From Candidatus Poriferihabitaceae bacterium (GTDB taxonomy: Bacteria; Pseudomonadota; Gammaproteobacteria; Arenicellales; Poriferihabitantaceae): 64,000 nucleotides of DNA. The notes under the pieces were generated by a model. It was not told the DNA's origin, made no database searches, and saw only the letters and a program-made list of their open reading frames with translations. This document shows, in pieces, positions 10,926 through 22,219 of this stretch (its first letter is position 1; the number at the start of each line of letters is the position of its first letter). Made by a program: the position numbers and the translations under genes. The stretch covers positions 430-64,429 of the forward strand of contig CBDEFQ010000005.1 in assembly GCA_965237485.1 (NCBI GenBank). The letters are read 5' to 3'.

Positions 10926-12101
10926 GGGCTCGTCGGTTAATACAATTTCAAACAGGGTTTTCGCCGAAGTCGCTTTTAGTTTGCTCAGCAACGCGTTTTT
11001 TGTGCAATAAACCGTCTATTAGCAGCCATTTTGCCACCAATAGACGGATCTATCCCTAGGCCGGCACCAATTCAACTCGTTCAACTCCCAATGCCATTAA
11101 TCGCTTAAGGTTAAAACATAAGCCCCTGATTCCAACTTGGAACTGGACTTTAGCCAACCCTTTATAACGAACTCGCTTATTGCGATGAGCAAACACTCGC
11201 TCATATGGTGAACGAATTTTGCTAATCCAACGGTCTTTGTCTCTATTCTTGCCATGCATATTGTTCTTCTTGATTGTTGCATCATGGCAACCGTTGCGCC
11301 TGAGCGTGGTTTTGGCCGGGCTCACGCAATAACCCTTGTCCGCATAAACAGCACCCGACTTAGGGCAAACATGCTTCAAGCCGCTTGCATCCGTTACCTC
11401 AGCCGAGGTGGCCGCTATTTTATTGATCAAGCCACTTTGCATATCCACTGATGCATGCTCTTTGTAACCATACCAATATTTGCTATTTCCCTTGCACCCA
11501 AACCGTGCTTGCTTGTCCGCCGCAACTTTATCAACTGTCTTATTGTTGAACTCCTCTAATCCCATCTTTATCGCCTTATCTCTATCATCCCAAGTGGTTA
11601 GCTTACTGACCAACTGGCTGGCATCGACAAATGTGAATACTTCTCGTACTAAGCCCATTGAAACTAACCCGCTCCGAACACGGTCAAATAAATTCATCAT
11701 ACCCCTGGTTCCAATGCGTGAGCGAAAATCACCAAAGTAACTATGATCAGGAGTGCTCTGTTCTAGTCCTGAATCACAAAACCACTTAGCGGCCAGATTC
11801 TCTGATAAGTATCGCTCCATTTCTCTATCACTTAAATCTTCCATGAACTGAAGCACCAAGGCACGTAAGCCGAACTCAACACCTCGGCCTTTAGGGCCAC
11901 GGGTGGCATATATTTTAGAGAAGGGTTTACTCAATGCACCAAAACATAATAGCTCATCGAGTTTACGGTAGGGATGTTCAGAGCTAACCAGAGAATCTAA
12001 GGTTAGGAACAGTTGGCTTTGATGACGTTTGCTCAAAATTGCAGGCTGACTAGAATCAGCCCATATTATCTCACGTATTCTATTAATTATCCGACAAGCC
12101 C
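10926..12101 (-). mobile_element. IS5-family element, copy 2 (transposase ~11056-12036)
   Basis: Near-identical to 4165-5340; 5-bp DR AATTG in istA. Confidence 0.88.
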
Positions 12102-12891
12102 AATTGATAGGGAACCGAGTAATGATGTCCATCATAGCTAACGTGATAATCGATGTGCGCCCGTGCTTTTACTACATGGCGATAGCTATAAGGCGTGCCA
12201 GGCAATGATTTAAGAGCAGGCTTATCAATTGATTCAAACTGTGAGCGGCGAGAACCCGGGCGTTGTTTAAAGGGGCGATTGTTTAGATCATCTAGCAATC
12301 CTCGAATAGCTTGATTAGCCTCATCCAAACTAAACAATTGCAGCTTGCGCAGCCGCATCATGATCCAGCGTTCGACAATCTGTACGCCCACCTCGGCTTT
12401 AGATTTATCCTTAGGCTTATAAGGTCTGGCAGGCATCACCGCCACACCGTAATAGGCGGCTAATTGTGCATAGCTGGGGTTGAGTTCGGGGTCATAACGA
12501 CCGGCTTTAGAAACAGCACTCTTGAGGTTATCGGGCACCACTGTTTGAGTAACACCGCCATAAAATTCAAAGGCGCGAACGTGTGAGCCTATCCAGTCAG
12601 GCAAGCTCTGTGTCCATGTGGCCTCGGCGTAGGTATAGGAACTGACTCCGAGCACTGAAACGAATACTTGGGCAGGGCGTGCTTCACCCGTACGAGCATC
12701 AATAATACCTAAGGTTAAACCAGCATAATCAACAAACAGTTTATCTCCAGCAATATGAGTCTGGCGCATCGAGATTCTTTGCTTCTTGCGCCACTGACCG
12801 AACAACACCGTGAAGCGAGAATAGCTGTAATGGTTGACTGGATGATGCTCGGCGTATTCTTCCCACAGTAATTGGCGAGTCATCCCTTTAC

Positions 12892-13054
12892 CCTAGATAA
12901 ATCAGTTAAAACACGAAAGTCCATGCAAGCTCTTGATGCACCTGGCAAAATCAAAAAAAACCTTATCACCAATAAGGTGACCGCGACTTTTTTGATTTCA
13001 CTATGCACTTCAATTGCTTACATGTCTTTTCCGCGTTTAACTGATTTATCTAGG
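12892..13054. mobile_element. 163-bp MITE (subfamily A) in istA
   Basis: IR CCTAGATAAATCAGTTAAA; 5-bp DR TTTAC; no transposase. Confidence 0.9.
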
Positions 13055-13529
13055 TTTACGAGACAGTTCAACTGATATTTGTGCAAAGTCTGGCTCACAC
13101 AATAAAGCAGTGGCAGGGCCTCTGCATTTGGGCGGCTTTAATATCGCCTGCAGCTGTTGTTCATCCATGCCTGCTGGCAGGGGCCAGCTTAATTGGGCAT
13201 TTGTTGCTCTGACGAGATATTTGGATACGGCACTGCGTGACAGGTTTAAGCTGAGCGCGATTTTACGGGAGGATAGTTGCGCCTCATAGTGCAAGCGCAG
13301 AATGTCTTTGAGTTTTAACATAGTGACCTTCTTGGGTTTCATAGCTGTTCCAATACAAATAAAAGAACGGCAGGTTAACGGTTATAGTGTTAACCGCAAG
13401 AAGGCTGTGGAGGAATTTTACGGAAGCGAAAAAGTGTCCGCGCTTCGATAAAAATCAGTGGCCACGGTTGGTAAAATTAGGTGGCCTCGCTACGTAAAAT
13501 TAACTGGCCACGGTTGGTAAAAATATGCA

Positions 13530-14102
13530 GCCAGGTTGACCTTCTGGCTGTGGCTTACGTCTTTGGCCGATAGAAGAAGGCTTAGAATGTGTCTTTTCAA
13601 AGTGACGGAGATTGTTCTGGTAGGGTTTAGATCGGCGTAGATTGTATAGATGAGAAACCGAGATAGGTGCCAGGTTGGCATACTCAGTTTGCTCATAGAC
13701 AACTAAGGCGCGCTCACAGAGTTTCTTAGTGGCATGGCCTGATAACGTACCGTGGAGTTCATCCATATCTGCTAGAAGCTTAATGTCTTGATTGCTATAG
13801 CGTCTAGCAAAGCCCCTTGTGGCACGATGTCGCCACTGGATTCTACCGTGCTTGAGATAGCTGGCAGCCAGGCGTTTCACTTGCACATAAGAGTAACCGC
13901 TGATGCGTGTGATATAACGCAGCACAAGACCCTTATCGGCTCGACCCAGTTTGCTGTATTTGAAACGCATTAAGGTGCGTTTGATGAAATCATAGCGATT
14001 GCGTTTACCGTCGATTGCCAGATCGATTTCATCAGTGCCTTGTAGCAACAAGCGTGCCTTATCAAGGGTATCTATATGGTGGTCATTCATAATGGTATTC
14101 AT
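13530..14102 (-). pseudogene. N-terminal fragment of ISNCY-like transposase
   Basis: Near-identical to the start of 6963-7547; cut by the IS21 end. Confidence 0.85.
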
Positions 14103-14214
14103 TCACCATCATGAACAGAAATTAGATTAGTTCGGTATCATTTCCGATTAGAATCAGTCCCTTCGCTCAGTATCATTTCATGTTGGACAAGACTGGTACT
14201 AGGCAATATTCTTT

Positions 14215-14242
14215 ACTTTACATAATATACATTATGCGCAGT
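14215..14242 (-). other. dif: dif-like XerCD recombination site
   Basis: Minus strand ACTGCGCATAA-TGTATA-TTATGTAAAGT versus E. coli dif GGTGCGCATAA-TGTATA-TTATGTTAAAT. Confidence 0.88.
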
Positions 14243-14559
14243 TACCAAAATAGCTCAATGTCGGCATTTCCAGCAGACCGCCAGAAAATAAACGATAAAT
14301 CGATCTAGATAAATGGTATTACTGAGATTAGCAAGCCGTAAATCCGCGCCTCGATGCTAGAAATACCTGTTTAAGTTCATTCAAAAAGGAATAGCCGAGT
14401 TTCTGCGGATAACAAAAAATAGCCAGCAAAAAAGGATATAAGAGGGCCCTTTAACGACAAGACAAATTTAGGCTTGTCAAGATCACAACAAGCAACTAAC
14501 AGAAACTAACTTTATTTATTTAAAAGTTACAATTAGTAAGCGTAGATCCCCCACGACCG

Positions 14560-15953
14560 GAGTTATGCCTGAAAGTGGTGTATGGAGTAGTTGACTAAAA
14601 GCGGCGTATCGGGATGAGTTGAGTTTACAACAACTTAAACTTCCACAGACATACGCCACTATGAAACAGAATAAAATTATTTCCTTTGAAAAGCCAGAGC
14701 AAAGCATCGATCCGCTGCAAGAATTGATTCGCAATGGCGCCAGGCAACTCATTCAAACCGCGGTCGAGAGTGAGTTATCTGAACTGCTGTATCGCAATTG
14801 TGACAAAGTCTCAGATTCAGGACACGCTGGTGTCGTTCGTAACGGCTATTTGCCAGAACGTGAACTGCAAACCGGGATCGGCCCAGTCAAAGTACGTATC
14901 CCCAAGGTGCGCTCCCGCACTGGAGTACCGATCACCTTTCGGTCTGCTTTAGTGCCGCCGTATGTGCGTAAAACGAGAACACTGGAAGCGGCCTTGCCTT
15001 GGCTGTATCTCAAGGGTGTCAGCACTGGAGAAATGGGGGATGCACTGAGCGTGCTAGTGGGTCAATCAGCGACTGGGTTATCATCAAGCACAGTGAGTAA
15101 GCTCAAAGCAACGTGGTCTCAGGAGTACAAGGATTGGAATAGAGAAGGTTTAGATCGAGATCGATGGGTTTATCTATGGGCGGACGGGATACACAGCGGC
15201 CTGCGCGGCGATGAGGGCCGGCTCTGTGCCTTAGTTGTCATCGGAGTGAATGAGCGCGGTCACAAGAAATTACTGGCGATTGAAGACGGTGAGCGAGAGT
15301 CTACGCAGAGTTGGCGAGAGGTGTTGTTGGCACTCAAGGAGCGAGGCCTGAATCAACCAGAGCTGGGCATCGGTGATGGTGCTTTAGGCTTTTGGAATGC
15401 CCTGGAAGAAGTCTATCCTGGCACTAAACATCAACGGTGCCGGGTGCATAAAACGGCCAACGTGCTGAACAAGCTGCCTAAATCGGTGCAGCCCAAAGCA
15501 AAAGCAGCTCTGCATAACATTTGGCAGGAAGAAACCAAAGAAGCGGCGCAAAGCACCTATCAATTATTCATTAAAACCTGTCAAGACAAGTATCCAAAAG
15601 CCACGCAGTGCTTGGAAAAAGATCGCGAAGAGTTAATGACGTTCTACTCGTTCCCTGCCAAGCACTGGATGAGCATACGTACTACGAATCCAATTGAATC
15701 AACATTCGCGACTATCCGACACCGTACCAAACGATGCAAGGGATGTCTTAGCCGTGATGGCATGTTAAGTATGATGTTCAAGCTGGGTCAGTGCGCAGAG
15801 AAAAAGTGGAACCGAATACGCGGGTTCGCCTATCTAGCAAAAGTGATTCAAGGGGTTCCATTTAAAGATGGAATAGAGCAAACTAATGACTACTCAGATC
15901 AAACCGAGGCCGCTTGAAGAAAATGCCTCATACACCAGATTCGGGCATAACTC
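14560..15953 (+). mobile_element. IS256-family element, copy 1 (1394 bp)
   Basis: IRs GAGTTATGCCTGAAAGTGGTGTATG / CATACACCAGATTCGGGCATAACTC; 9-bp DR CCACGACCG. Confidence 0.92.
14661..15917 (+). CDS. IS256-family transposase
   Basis: RNGYLPER, YLWADG, IGDGALGFW and IRTTNPIES motifs; QRCWVH changed to QRCRVH in this copy. Confidence 0.92.
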   Translation: MKQNKIISFEKPEQSIDPLQELIRNGARQLIQTAVESELSELLYRNCDKVSDSGHAGVVRNGYLPERELQTGIGPVKVRIPKVRSRTGVPITFRSALVPPYVRKTRTLEAALPWLYLKGVSTGEMGDALSVLVGQSATGLSSSTVSKLKATWSQEYKDWNREGLDRDRWVYLWADGIHSGLRGDEGRLCALVVIGVNERGHKKLLAIEDGERESTQSWREVLLALKERGLNQPELGIGDGALGFWNALEEVYPGTKHQRCRVHKTANVLNKLPKSVQPKAKAALHNIWQEETKEAAQSTYQLFIKTCQDKYPKATQCLEKDREELMTFYSFPAKHWMSIRTTNPIESTFATIRHRTKRCKGCLSRDGMLSMMFKLGQCAEKKWNRIRGFAYLAKVIQGVPFKDGIEQTNDYSDQTEAA

Positions 15954-15983
15954 CCACGACCGCGAATGAGCGACTTATTCAAA

Positions 15984-16220
15984 TTACCCTATATTCGATT
16001 TAGTTAATAATTCGACATGATTATCCATATCTGCCCTGGTTAATTTTCCCTTCGTTAACAAATGTTGATAAGTTTCCATATCTTCATCAATGATCTCAGT
16101 ACCCAAAGATGCAATATTAAATATCAAGTCTGATCTGCTCCAATTGCAAGCCCTTCTAAACCGTTCTACAGCCTGATAGTAAATTCGATCTGGTTCTGTG
16201 ATATAAACTTTCTTAACCAT
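15984..16220 (-). CDS. Putative ribbon-helix-helix DNA-binding protein (satellite copy 1)
   Basis: MVKKVYI beta strand followed by helix and SRSDLI, a CopG-like pattern; GAGG RBS upstream; identical to 25407-25643. Confidence 0.5.
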   Translation of the reverse strand: MVKKVYITEPDRIYYQAVERFRRACNWSRSDLIFNIASLGTEIIDEDMETYQHLLTKGKLTRADMDNHVELLTKSNIG

Positions 16221-16251
16221 GATTTAACCCTCATATGGTTGGTTGTGGTTA

Positions 16252-16285
16252 GCACTTGAAGGTAATGTCAATTACCGACAAGTGC
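16252..16285. other. Intergenic stem-loop in satellite (also at 25675-25708)
   Basis: GCACTTG..GGTAAT-gtca-ATTACC..CAAGTGC. Confidence 0.5.
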
Positions 16286-16291
16286 GATTAA

Positions 16292-16618
16292 TTAAAACTT
16301 ATAGTCGCGCCAAAATGGATAGATTTTATGACCTTCATAGAATAATGGATTTTGGTCATGCTCGAAGATCATGTAATACATATCAAAACGAACTTCAGCT
16401 GCTTGGTTCAGCTGTTGATTGAAGATAAAGTACATCTCATTCCACATATTTAAGCGTATATCATCGCTATGATTAAGCTGTAATTCACGCCAATAAGACA
16501 TGAAATGTTCCGTTATATATTGCATATAAAGAATGGCACAGCGGCCATGTTTACAGCGCGCGTTTTGCTCAATCTTTTCAAGCGGAAGAATATATTTAAC
16601 AAGCCTAGGATGAGCCAT
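16292..16618 (-). CDS. Hypothetical protein (108 aa, satellite copy 1)
   Basis: ATG MAHPRL preceded by AAGGA; identical to 25715-26041. Confidence 0.6.
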   Translation of the reverse strand: MAHPRLVKYILPLEKIEQNARCKHGRCAILYMQYITEHFMSYWRELQLNHSDDIRLNMWNEMYFIFNQQLNQAAEVRFDMYYMIFEHDQNPLFYEGHKIYPFWRDYKF

Positions 16619-16623
16619 ATTCC

Positions 16624-18594
16624 TTAATCTATAGGCGATATTCTTGCATCTTTTGGCATAAAGCAACTTAAAAAAGCACCATTACGGCCACCTGCCCTAG
16701 CCCTAAATACGACAGGAACTTTAACTAATTTTCCGTCTAAGTCATTGATGCTATTTTTAATGTAATCGACATCTTGTGATTCCCCAGACGTCAGGGTAGT
16801 TGCACACATTTTAATTCACAAGGGGCGGCGGAGAAATACTCATGCCGAAATATAGCGTAGAACGAAGAGAAGCTGTTTTATCTAAATTATTATCATCAAA
16901 TAGTCAGTCCTTCGCAGAAATATCTAGAGAAGAAGGAATCAGTGTTCAAACCTTGTATGATTGGCGAAATAAAGCCAGACGATCAGGAGTTTTAATGCCT
17001 AATAGTGATTCATCTAATCAGTGGGATTGCCAAACTAAGTTCACCGTAGTTCTTGAAACTGCTGCGATGAATGAACAAGAATTATCTGCGTATTGCCGAG
17101 AGAAAGGCCTATACCCTACTCAAATAACGCAATGGCGAGAAGCTTGTATTAATGGTGTTGATGAGGCTCTCATTAGCCCTAAAGTTGCGCGCGATGAAAT
17201 ACGTGCGTTAAAAAAAGACAAGAAGAAGCTAGAAACCCAGCTGCGCCGCAAAGATAAAGCCTTGGCTGAAACGGCCGCATTATTAGTATTACAAAAAAAG
17301 TTTCAGGCGCTTTGGGAGGACGAGGAAGTATGATTACGACTCAGACGCGCATTAAAGTAATCAATGATGTTAATGAAGCAGTAGACGCAGGTTCAAAGCG
17401 TTCAAGTGCTTGTGAGTTGGTTGGCCTTGCCGAGTCTACGCTTAGACGTTGGAAGCCAAAAGGAGAAGATAGTATCCGCAGTGATCAACGTCCTTTGGTA
17501 GAAAAGCCAGTCCCTGGCAATAAACTAAGCGAGCAAGAGCAGCAACACATTTTATCGATATGTAATGAATCGGCATACAATCATTTGCCGCCGTCGCAAA
17601 TAGTACCGCAGTTGGCTGACAAAGGTATTTATGTGGCCAGCGAGTCTAGCTTTTATCGAGTTCTCAAGGCGCATGGGCAATTGAAGCACCGCGGCCGCGC
17701 CAAACAAAAGCAGTCCCGAACACCCGATACTCATATAGCACTAAAACCTAATGCTGTGTGGATGTGGGATATCACCTATTTGGCGACGCGTACTATTGGC
17801 AAGCATTATTACCTGTACATGGTAGAAGACCTTTACAGTCGCTATGGCGTTCACTGGGAAGTACATCCTGTTGAAAGCGGTGAATTAGGTGCGCAGTTGA
17901 TGTCTCAGGCGGCTCTAAAAGTGGCCAGCTGCGATGGCATGCCCGTCTTACACAGTGATAATGGCAGCCCAATGAAATCGTTCACAATGAGAGCGAAGTT
18001 AGAAGCATTAGGAATAAAGCCCTCTTACTCAAGGCCAAGAGTAAGCAATGACAACGCTTATATTGAATCCATGTTTAGAACGGTAAAGTATTGCCCTGCG
18101 TGGCCTTCTCAAGGCTTCGATAGCTTAGAGGCCGCCCGCCAATGGGTGGGTAAGTTTATGCAATGGTATAACGAAGAACATCGTCACAGTGCTATACGCT
18201 ACGTTACACCTGGCCAGCGTTATCGCGGTGAAGATAGTGCCCTATTAGCAAAACGAGAAGTTGTTTATCAGGAAGCTAAAGCAGCAAAACCTAATCGGTG
18301 GTCTGGCCAAACCCGAAATTGGCGGCCTTGTGGTGCGGTTGCGCTGAACCCACAAAAAGAAGTATTATTGGCTGCGTAGGAAAATGTGCAACTACCCTGA
18401 AAATTGCCGGATTGAATATCAACCAGCTGTACATTGGACCCAACTTGCCCAAAGCTTGTCTCATATTCACTAGTCTTAATGCCAATTCGGCGGTTATATT
18501 TGGTTGCATCATTTGCCCAGGCCTTTTCCTCGTAGCCAAGAAAGTGGCCAACAACATAAGTACCTGAAAGTAAATTTGTTTGAGGTTTAGTCAT
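16624..18594 (-). pseudogene. ssDNA-binding-like gene interrupted by an IS3-family element
   Basis: Halves match intact 26047-26385; IS at 16782-18409. Confidence 0.85.
16782..18409 (+). mobile_element. IS3-family element type A, copy 1 (1628 bp; orfA 16842-17333, orfB to 18379)
   Basis: Subterminal IR TCAGGGTAGTTGCACA; 4-bp DR GATT; A-AAA-AAG slippery site near 17294; WMWDITY, HSDNGS and DNAYIESMF motifs. Confidence 0.92.
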
Positions 18595-18609
18595 GAGTTA
18601 TTTCCGTTG

Positions 18610-18882
18610 TTAATTTTTTGAGAGCCCGGTCGCATGTTTTGCAGTGAGAGAAGTTATAGATGGTTGAAAGCTGACTTCTTCGGGATCGATTAAATCTTTC
18701 GTAATAAATAAACGATTACATAAGCTAGGAGAGAAGTCGGACTGTTGAATAATGTAATGGAGGGTTTTCGATGAGAAAGAACTAAGCCATGAAGCCTCAT
18801 CTACATGAGACTCAAACATAAGCTTAATGTAATCTTTTTTGGAGATAGACAGTCCATCTGCACTTATTAGAATTTCTGACAT
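18610..18882 (-). CDS. Hypothetical protein (90 aa, satellite copy 1)
   Basis: Immediately after the rep stop; identical to 26401-26673. Confidence 0.55.
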   Translation of the reverse strand: MSEILISADGLSISKKDYIKLMFESHVDEASWLSSFSSKTLHYIIQQSDFSPSLCNRLFITKDLIDPEEVSFQPSITSLTAKHATGLSKN

Positions 18883-19116
18883 ATCAAGCCGCCAATCTAA
18901 GCTTAGTAACTGGCTGCTGATACCAATGAGGAACTGGCAAATCAGATATAGTTATCTTCCTGATTTCTTTAACAGTAACAGGACTAAAGCGAGATATATC
19001 ACATGGTAATCCAATATCAATTCCTATCTTCCTTAATCTGGCTCTGTGTGTTTGCACCTGCTTCTTAGATAAATCCATATTAACCCCATGCATCCACTGA
19101 ATGGCGTACATAGCAG

Positions 19117-20383
19117 TGAAGTGGACCCCATGATTAGGACAGGTTGAAGGCCAAAATAAGGAGTTATTTTCTGTTTTATAATTGTTCAAAACGAGGAACA
19201 GAAAATGAGTAAAAAGCGTAGAAACCATGCCCCACCATTCAAAGCCAAAGTTGCTCTTGCAGCAATCAAAGGTGATGAAACATTAAGCAATCTTGCTAGT
19301 CGTTATGACATCAATGCAAATCTTATCGTCAAGTGGAAGAAACAATTGCTCGATAGCTCAGCTGAAGTCTTTGCATCAGGCACAGGCTTATCTCCAAACC
19401 GAGAATCAGAGATTAAATCATTACAGGCAAAGATCGGTGAAATCACCATGGAAAACGATTTTTTATCAAAAGCGCTCGGTCGTTAAACAGACCTGAGCGC
19501 AAAACTATGATTAATAAAAGCAATAAACTATCGTTAGTTCGTCAGTGTAAATTGTTGAAGATTCATCGTTCCCATGTTTATTACAAAACCTCACCTGCTA
19601 ATGAGGATGACTTGGAACTGATGCATCTGATTGATCGCATTCACCTCAATCGGCCCTTTCTTGGCAGTAGACGCATTCGTGATGTGTTGCAAGATGTAGG
19701 CCACCGAGTTGACCGTAAACATGTGCGACGCTTAATGCGTAAGATGGGCATTAAAGCCATCTATCCTAGGCCTAACACCAGCAAGAAGAAGGCGGGGCAC
19801 AAGATTTATCCTTATCTGCTAGGTGGGTTGGCCATCAATCAACCCAATCAAGCTTGGTGTACCGATATAACTTATATCCCGATGCCTAAGGGCTTTGCTT
19901 ATCTTACCGTTGTGATGGATTGGTATTCTCGTAAAGTGCTGTCATGGCGGCTTAGCAACAGCATGGATAGCGCATTCTGCGTAGATGCTTTGGAAGAGGC
20001 ACTGCATTACTACGGCAAGCCTGATATCTTTAACAGCGATCAAGGTGCGCAATTTACCAGTGAGGCGTTTACCGGTGTACTCAAAGACAATGGTATTCGC
20101 ATCAGCATGGATGGCAAAGGTGCTTGGCGTGACAATGTATTTGTTGAGCGCTTATGGCGCAGCGTGAAATATGAGGAAGTCTATTTGCAAGCCTACCAAT
20201 CGATGAAAGAGGCAAAAGACGGCATTGGCTCCTGGATAAACTATTACAACCAAGAGCGTAAACATCAAACATTGGGCATGGTCCCTGACATGATGTATGA
20301 TCCATGTCGCGGCCTGAAATTGGCTGCTTAATCAGCTGAAAATAACTCCTAAGCCATCTGTCCTAAAAAGCGGGTCCACTTCT
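19117..20383 (+). mobile_element. IS3-family element type B, copy 1 (1267 bp; orfA 19205-19486, orfB to 20331)
   Basis: IRs TGAAGTGGACCC / GGGTCCACTTCT; 3-bp DR CAG; WCTDITY, NSDQGAQF and DNVFVERLW motifs. Confidence 0.92.
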
Positions 20384-20591
20384 CAGTGCAATTGGCGGAT
20401 AGTGTGCTTCTGCAAATGTTGTTATTAATCAATTGCTCAGATATGTTTTCTAGCTTCATAGCGTTCACCTTTAAACGTTGGTCAATGTGTAAAAACTCTT
20501 TATGTAATGTCTCCAATTGAGAGAAATCTATTAATCCGTAAAAGGATAAATTATGGCGCCTCAGATACTCTGATTTAACTTTCTGCTCAAA

Positions 20592-22219
20592 CCCCAGACG
20601 TCAGGGTAGTTGCACACATTTTAATTCACAAGGGGCGGCGGAGAAATACTCATGCCGAAATATAGCGTAGAACGAAGAGAAGCTGTTTTATCTAAATTAT
20701 TATCATCAAATAGTCAGTCCTTCGCAGAAATATCTAGAGAAGAAGGAATCAGTGTTCAAACCTTGTATGATTGGCGAAATAAAGCCAGACGATCAGGAGT
20801 TTTAATGCCTAATAGTGATTCATCTAATCAGTGGGATTGCCAAACTAAGTTCACCGTAGTTCTTGAAATTGCTGCGATGAATGAACAAGAATTATCTGCG
20901 TATTGCCGAGAGAAAGGCCTATACCCTACTCAAATAACGCAATGGCGAGAAGCTTGTATTAATGGTGTTGATGAGGCTCTCATTAGCCCTAAAGTTGCGC
21001 GCGATGAAATACGTGCGTTAAAAAAAGACAAGAAGAAGCTAGAAACCCAGCTGCGCCGCAAAGATAAAGCCTTGGCTGAAACGGCCGCATTATTAGTATT
21101 ACAAAAAAAGTTTCAGGTGCTTTGGGAGGACGAGGAAGTATGATTACGACTCAGACGCGCATTAAAGTAATCAATGATGTTAATGAAGCAGTAGACGCAG
21201 GTTCAAAGCGTTCAAGTGCTTGTGAGTTGGTTGGCCTTGCCGAGTCTACGCTTAGACGTTGGAAGCCAAAAGGAGAAGATAGTATCCGCAGTGATCAACG
21301 TCCTTTGGTAGAAAAGCCAGTCCCTGGCAATAAACTAAGCGAGCAAGAGCAGCAACACATTTTATCGATATGTAATGAATCGGCATACAATCATTTGCCG
21401 CCGTCGCAAATAGTACCGCAGTTGGCTGACAAAGGTATTTATGTGGCCAGCGAGTCTAGCTTTTATCGAGTTCTCAAGGCGCATGGGCAATTGAAGCACC
21501 GCGGCCGCGCCAAACAAAAGCAGTCCCGAACACCCGATACTCATATAGCGCTAAAACCTAATGCTGTGTGGATGTGGGATATCACCTATTTGGCGACGCG
21601 TACTATTGGCAAGCATTATTACCTGTACATGGTAGAAGACCTTTACAGTCGCTATGGCGTTCACTGGGAAGTACATCCTGTTGAAAGCGGTGAATTAGGT
21701 GCGCAGTTGATGTCTCAGGCGGCTCTAAAAGTGGCCAGCTGCGATGGCATGCCCGTCTTACACAGTGATAATGGCAGCCCAATGAAATCGTTCACAATGA
21801 GAGCGAAGTTAGAAGCATTAGGAATAAAGCCCTCTTACTCAAGGCCAAGAGTAAGCAATGACAACGCTTATATTGAATCCATGTTTAGAACGGTAAAGTA
21901 TTGCCCTGCGTGGCCTTCTCAAGGCTTCGATAGCTTAGAGGCCGCCCGCCAATGGGTGGGTAAGTTTATGCAATGGTATAACGAAGAACATCGTCACAGT
22001 GCTATACGCTACGTTACACCTGGCCAGCGTTATCGCGGTGAAGATAGTGCCCTATTAGCAAAACGAGAAGTTGTTTATCAGGAAGCTAAAGCAGCAAAAC
22101 CTAATCGGTGGTCTGGCCAAACCCGAAATTGGCGGCCTTGTGGTGCGGTTGCGCTGAACCCACAAAAAGAAGTATTATTGGCTGCGTAGGAAAATGTGCA
22201 ACTACCCTGAAAATTGCCG
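20592..22219 (+). mobile_element. IS3-family element type A, copy 2 (orfA 20652-21143, orfB to 22189)
   Basis: Near-identical to 16782-18409; 4-bp DR CAAA. Confidence 0.92.

Larger units (their letters stand above)
10446..13342 (-). pseudogene. istA: IS21 transposase IstA in three pieces (IS5 and MITE insertions)
   Basis: HTH N-terminus, [29 protein letters not shown] and C-terminal HANVRGADYYH. Confidence 0.9.
5365..13529 (-). mobile_element. IS21-family element (istA-istB), interrupted by an IS1595 element, IS5 and a MITE
   Basis: TGCGTATTTTTAC...GTAAAAATATGCA termini with repeated GTGGCCAC boxes; 6-bp DR GCCAGG. Confidence 0.9.
1767..14194 (-). mobile_element. ISNCY/IS481-like integrase-core IS, copy 1, split by nested IS1380, IS5 and IS21 insertions
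   Basis: Ends AGTCTATTCCAATACAGGAATGATAC at 1767 and GTATCATTTCATGTTGGACAAGACT at 14194; flanks GGTGC/GGTAC; pieces 1767-2432, 4130-4164, 5341-5364 and 13530-14194 reassemble to match copy 2 (6871-8243). Confidence 0.88.

Noticed and set aside
13440-13529. Repeated GTGGCCAC units (also 5365-5460) as a possible CRISPR or iteron array
   Set aside because: They are the multiple transposase-binding repeats typical of IS21 ends; no spacers or cas genes
14195-14214. ISNCY-like IS targeting dif, as Xer-site-targeting IS1202 members do
   Set aside because: It lies 20 bp from the XerD arm, has AGT rather than TGT ends, and its second copy has no dif-like neighbour
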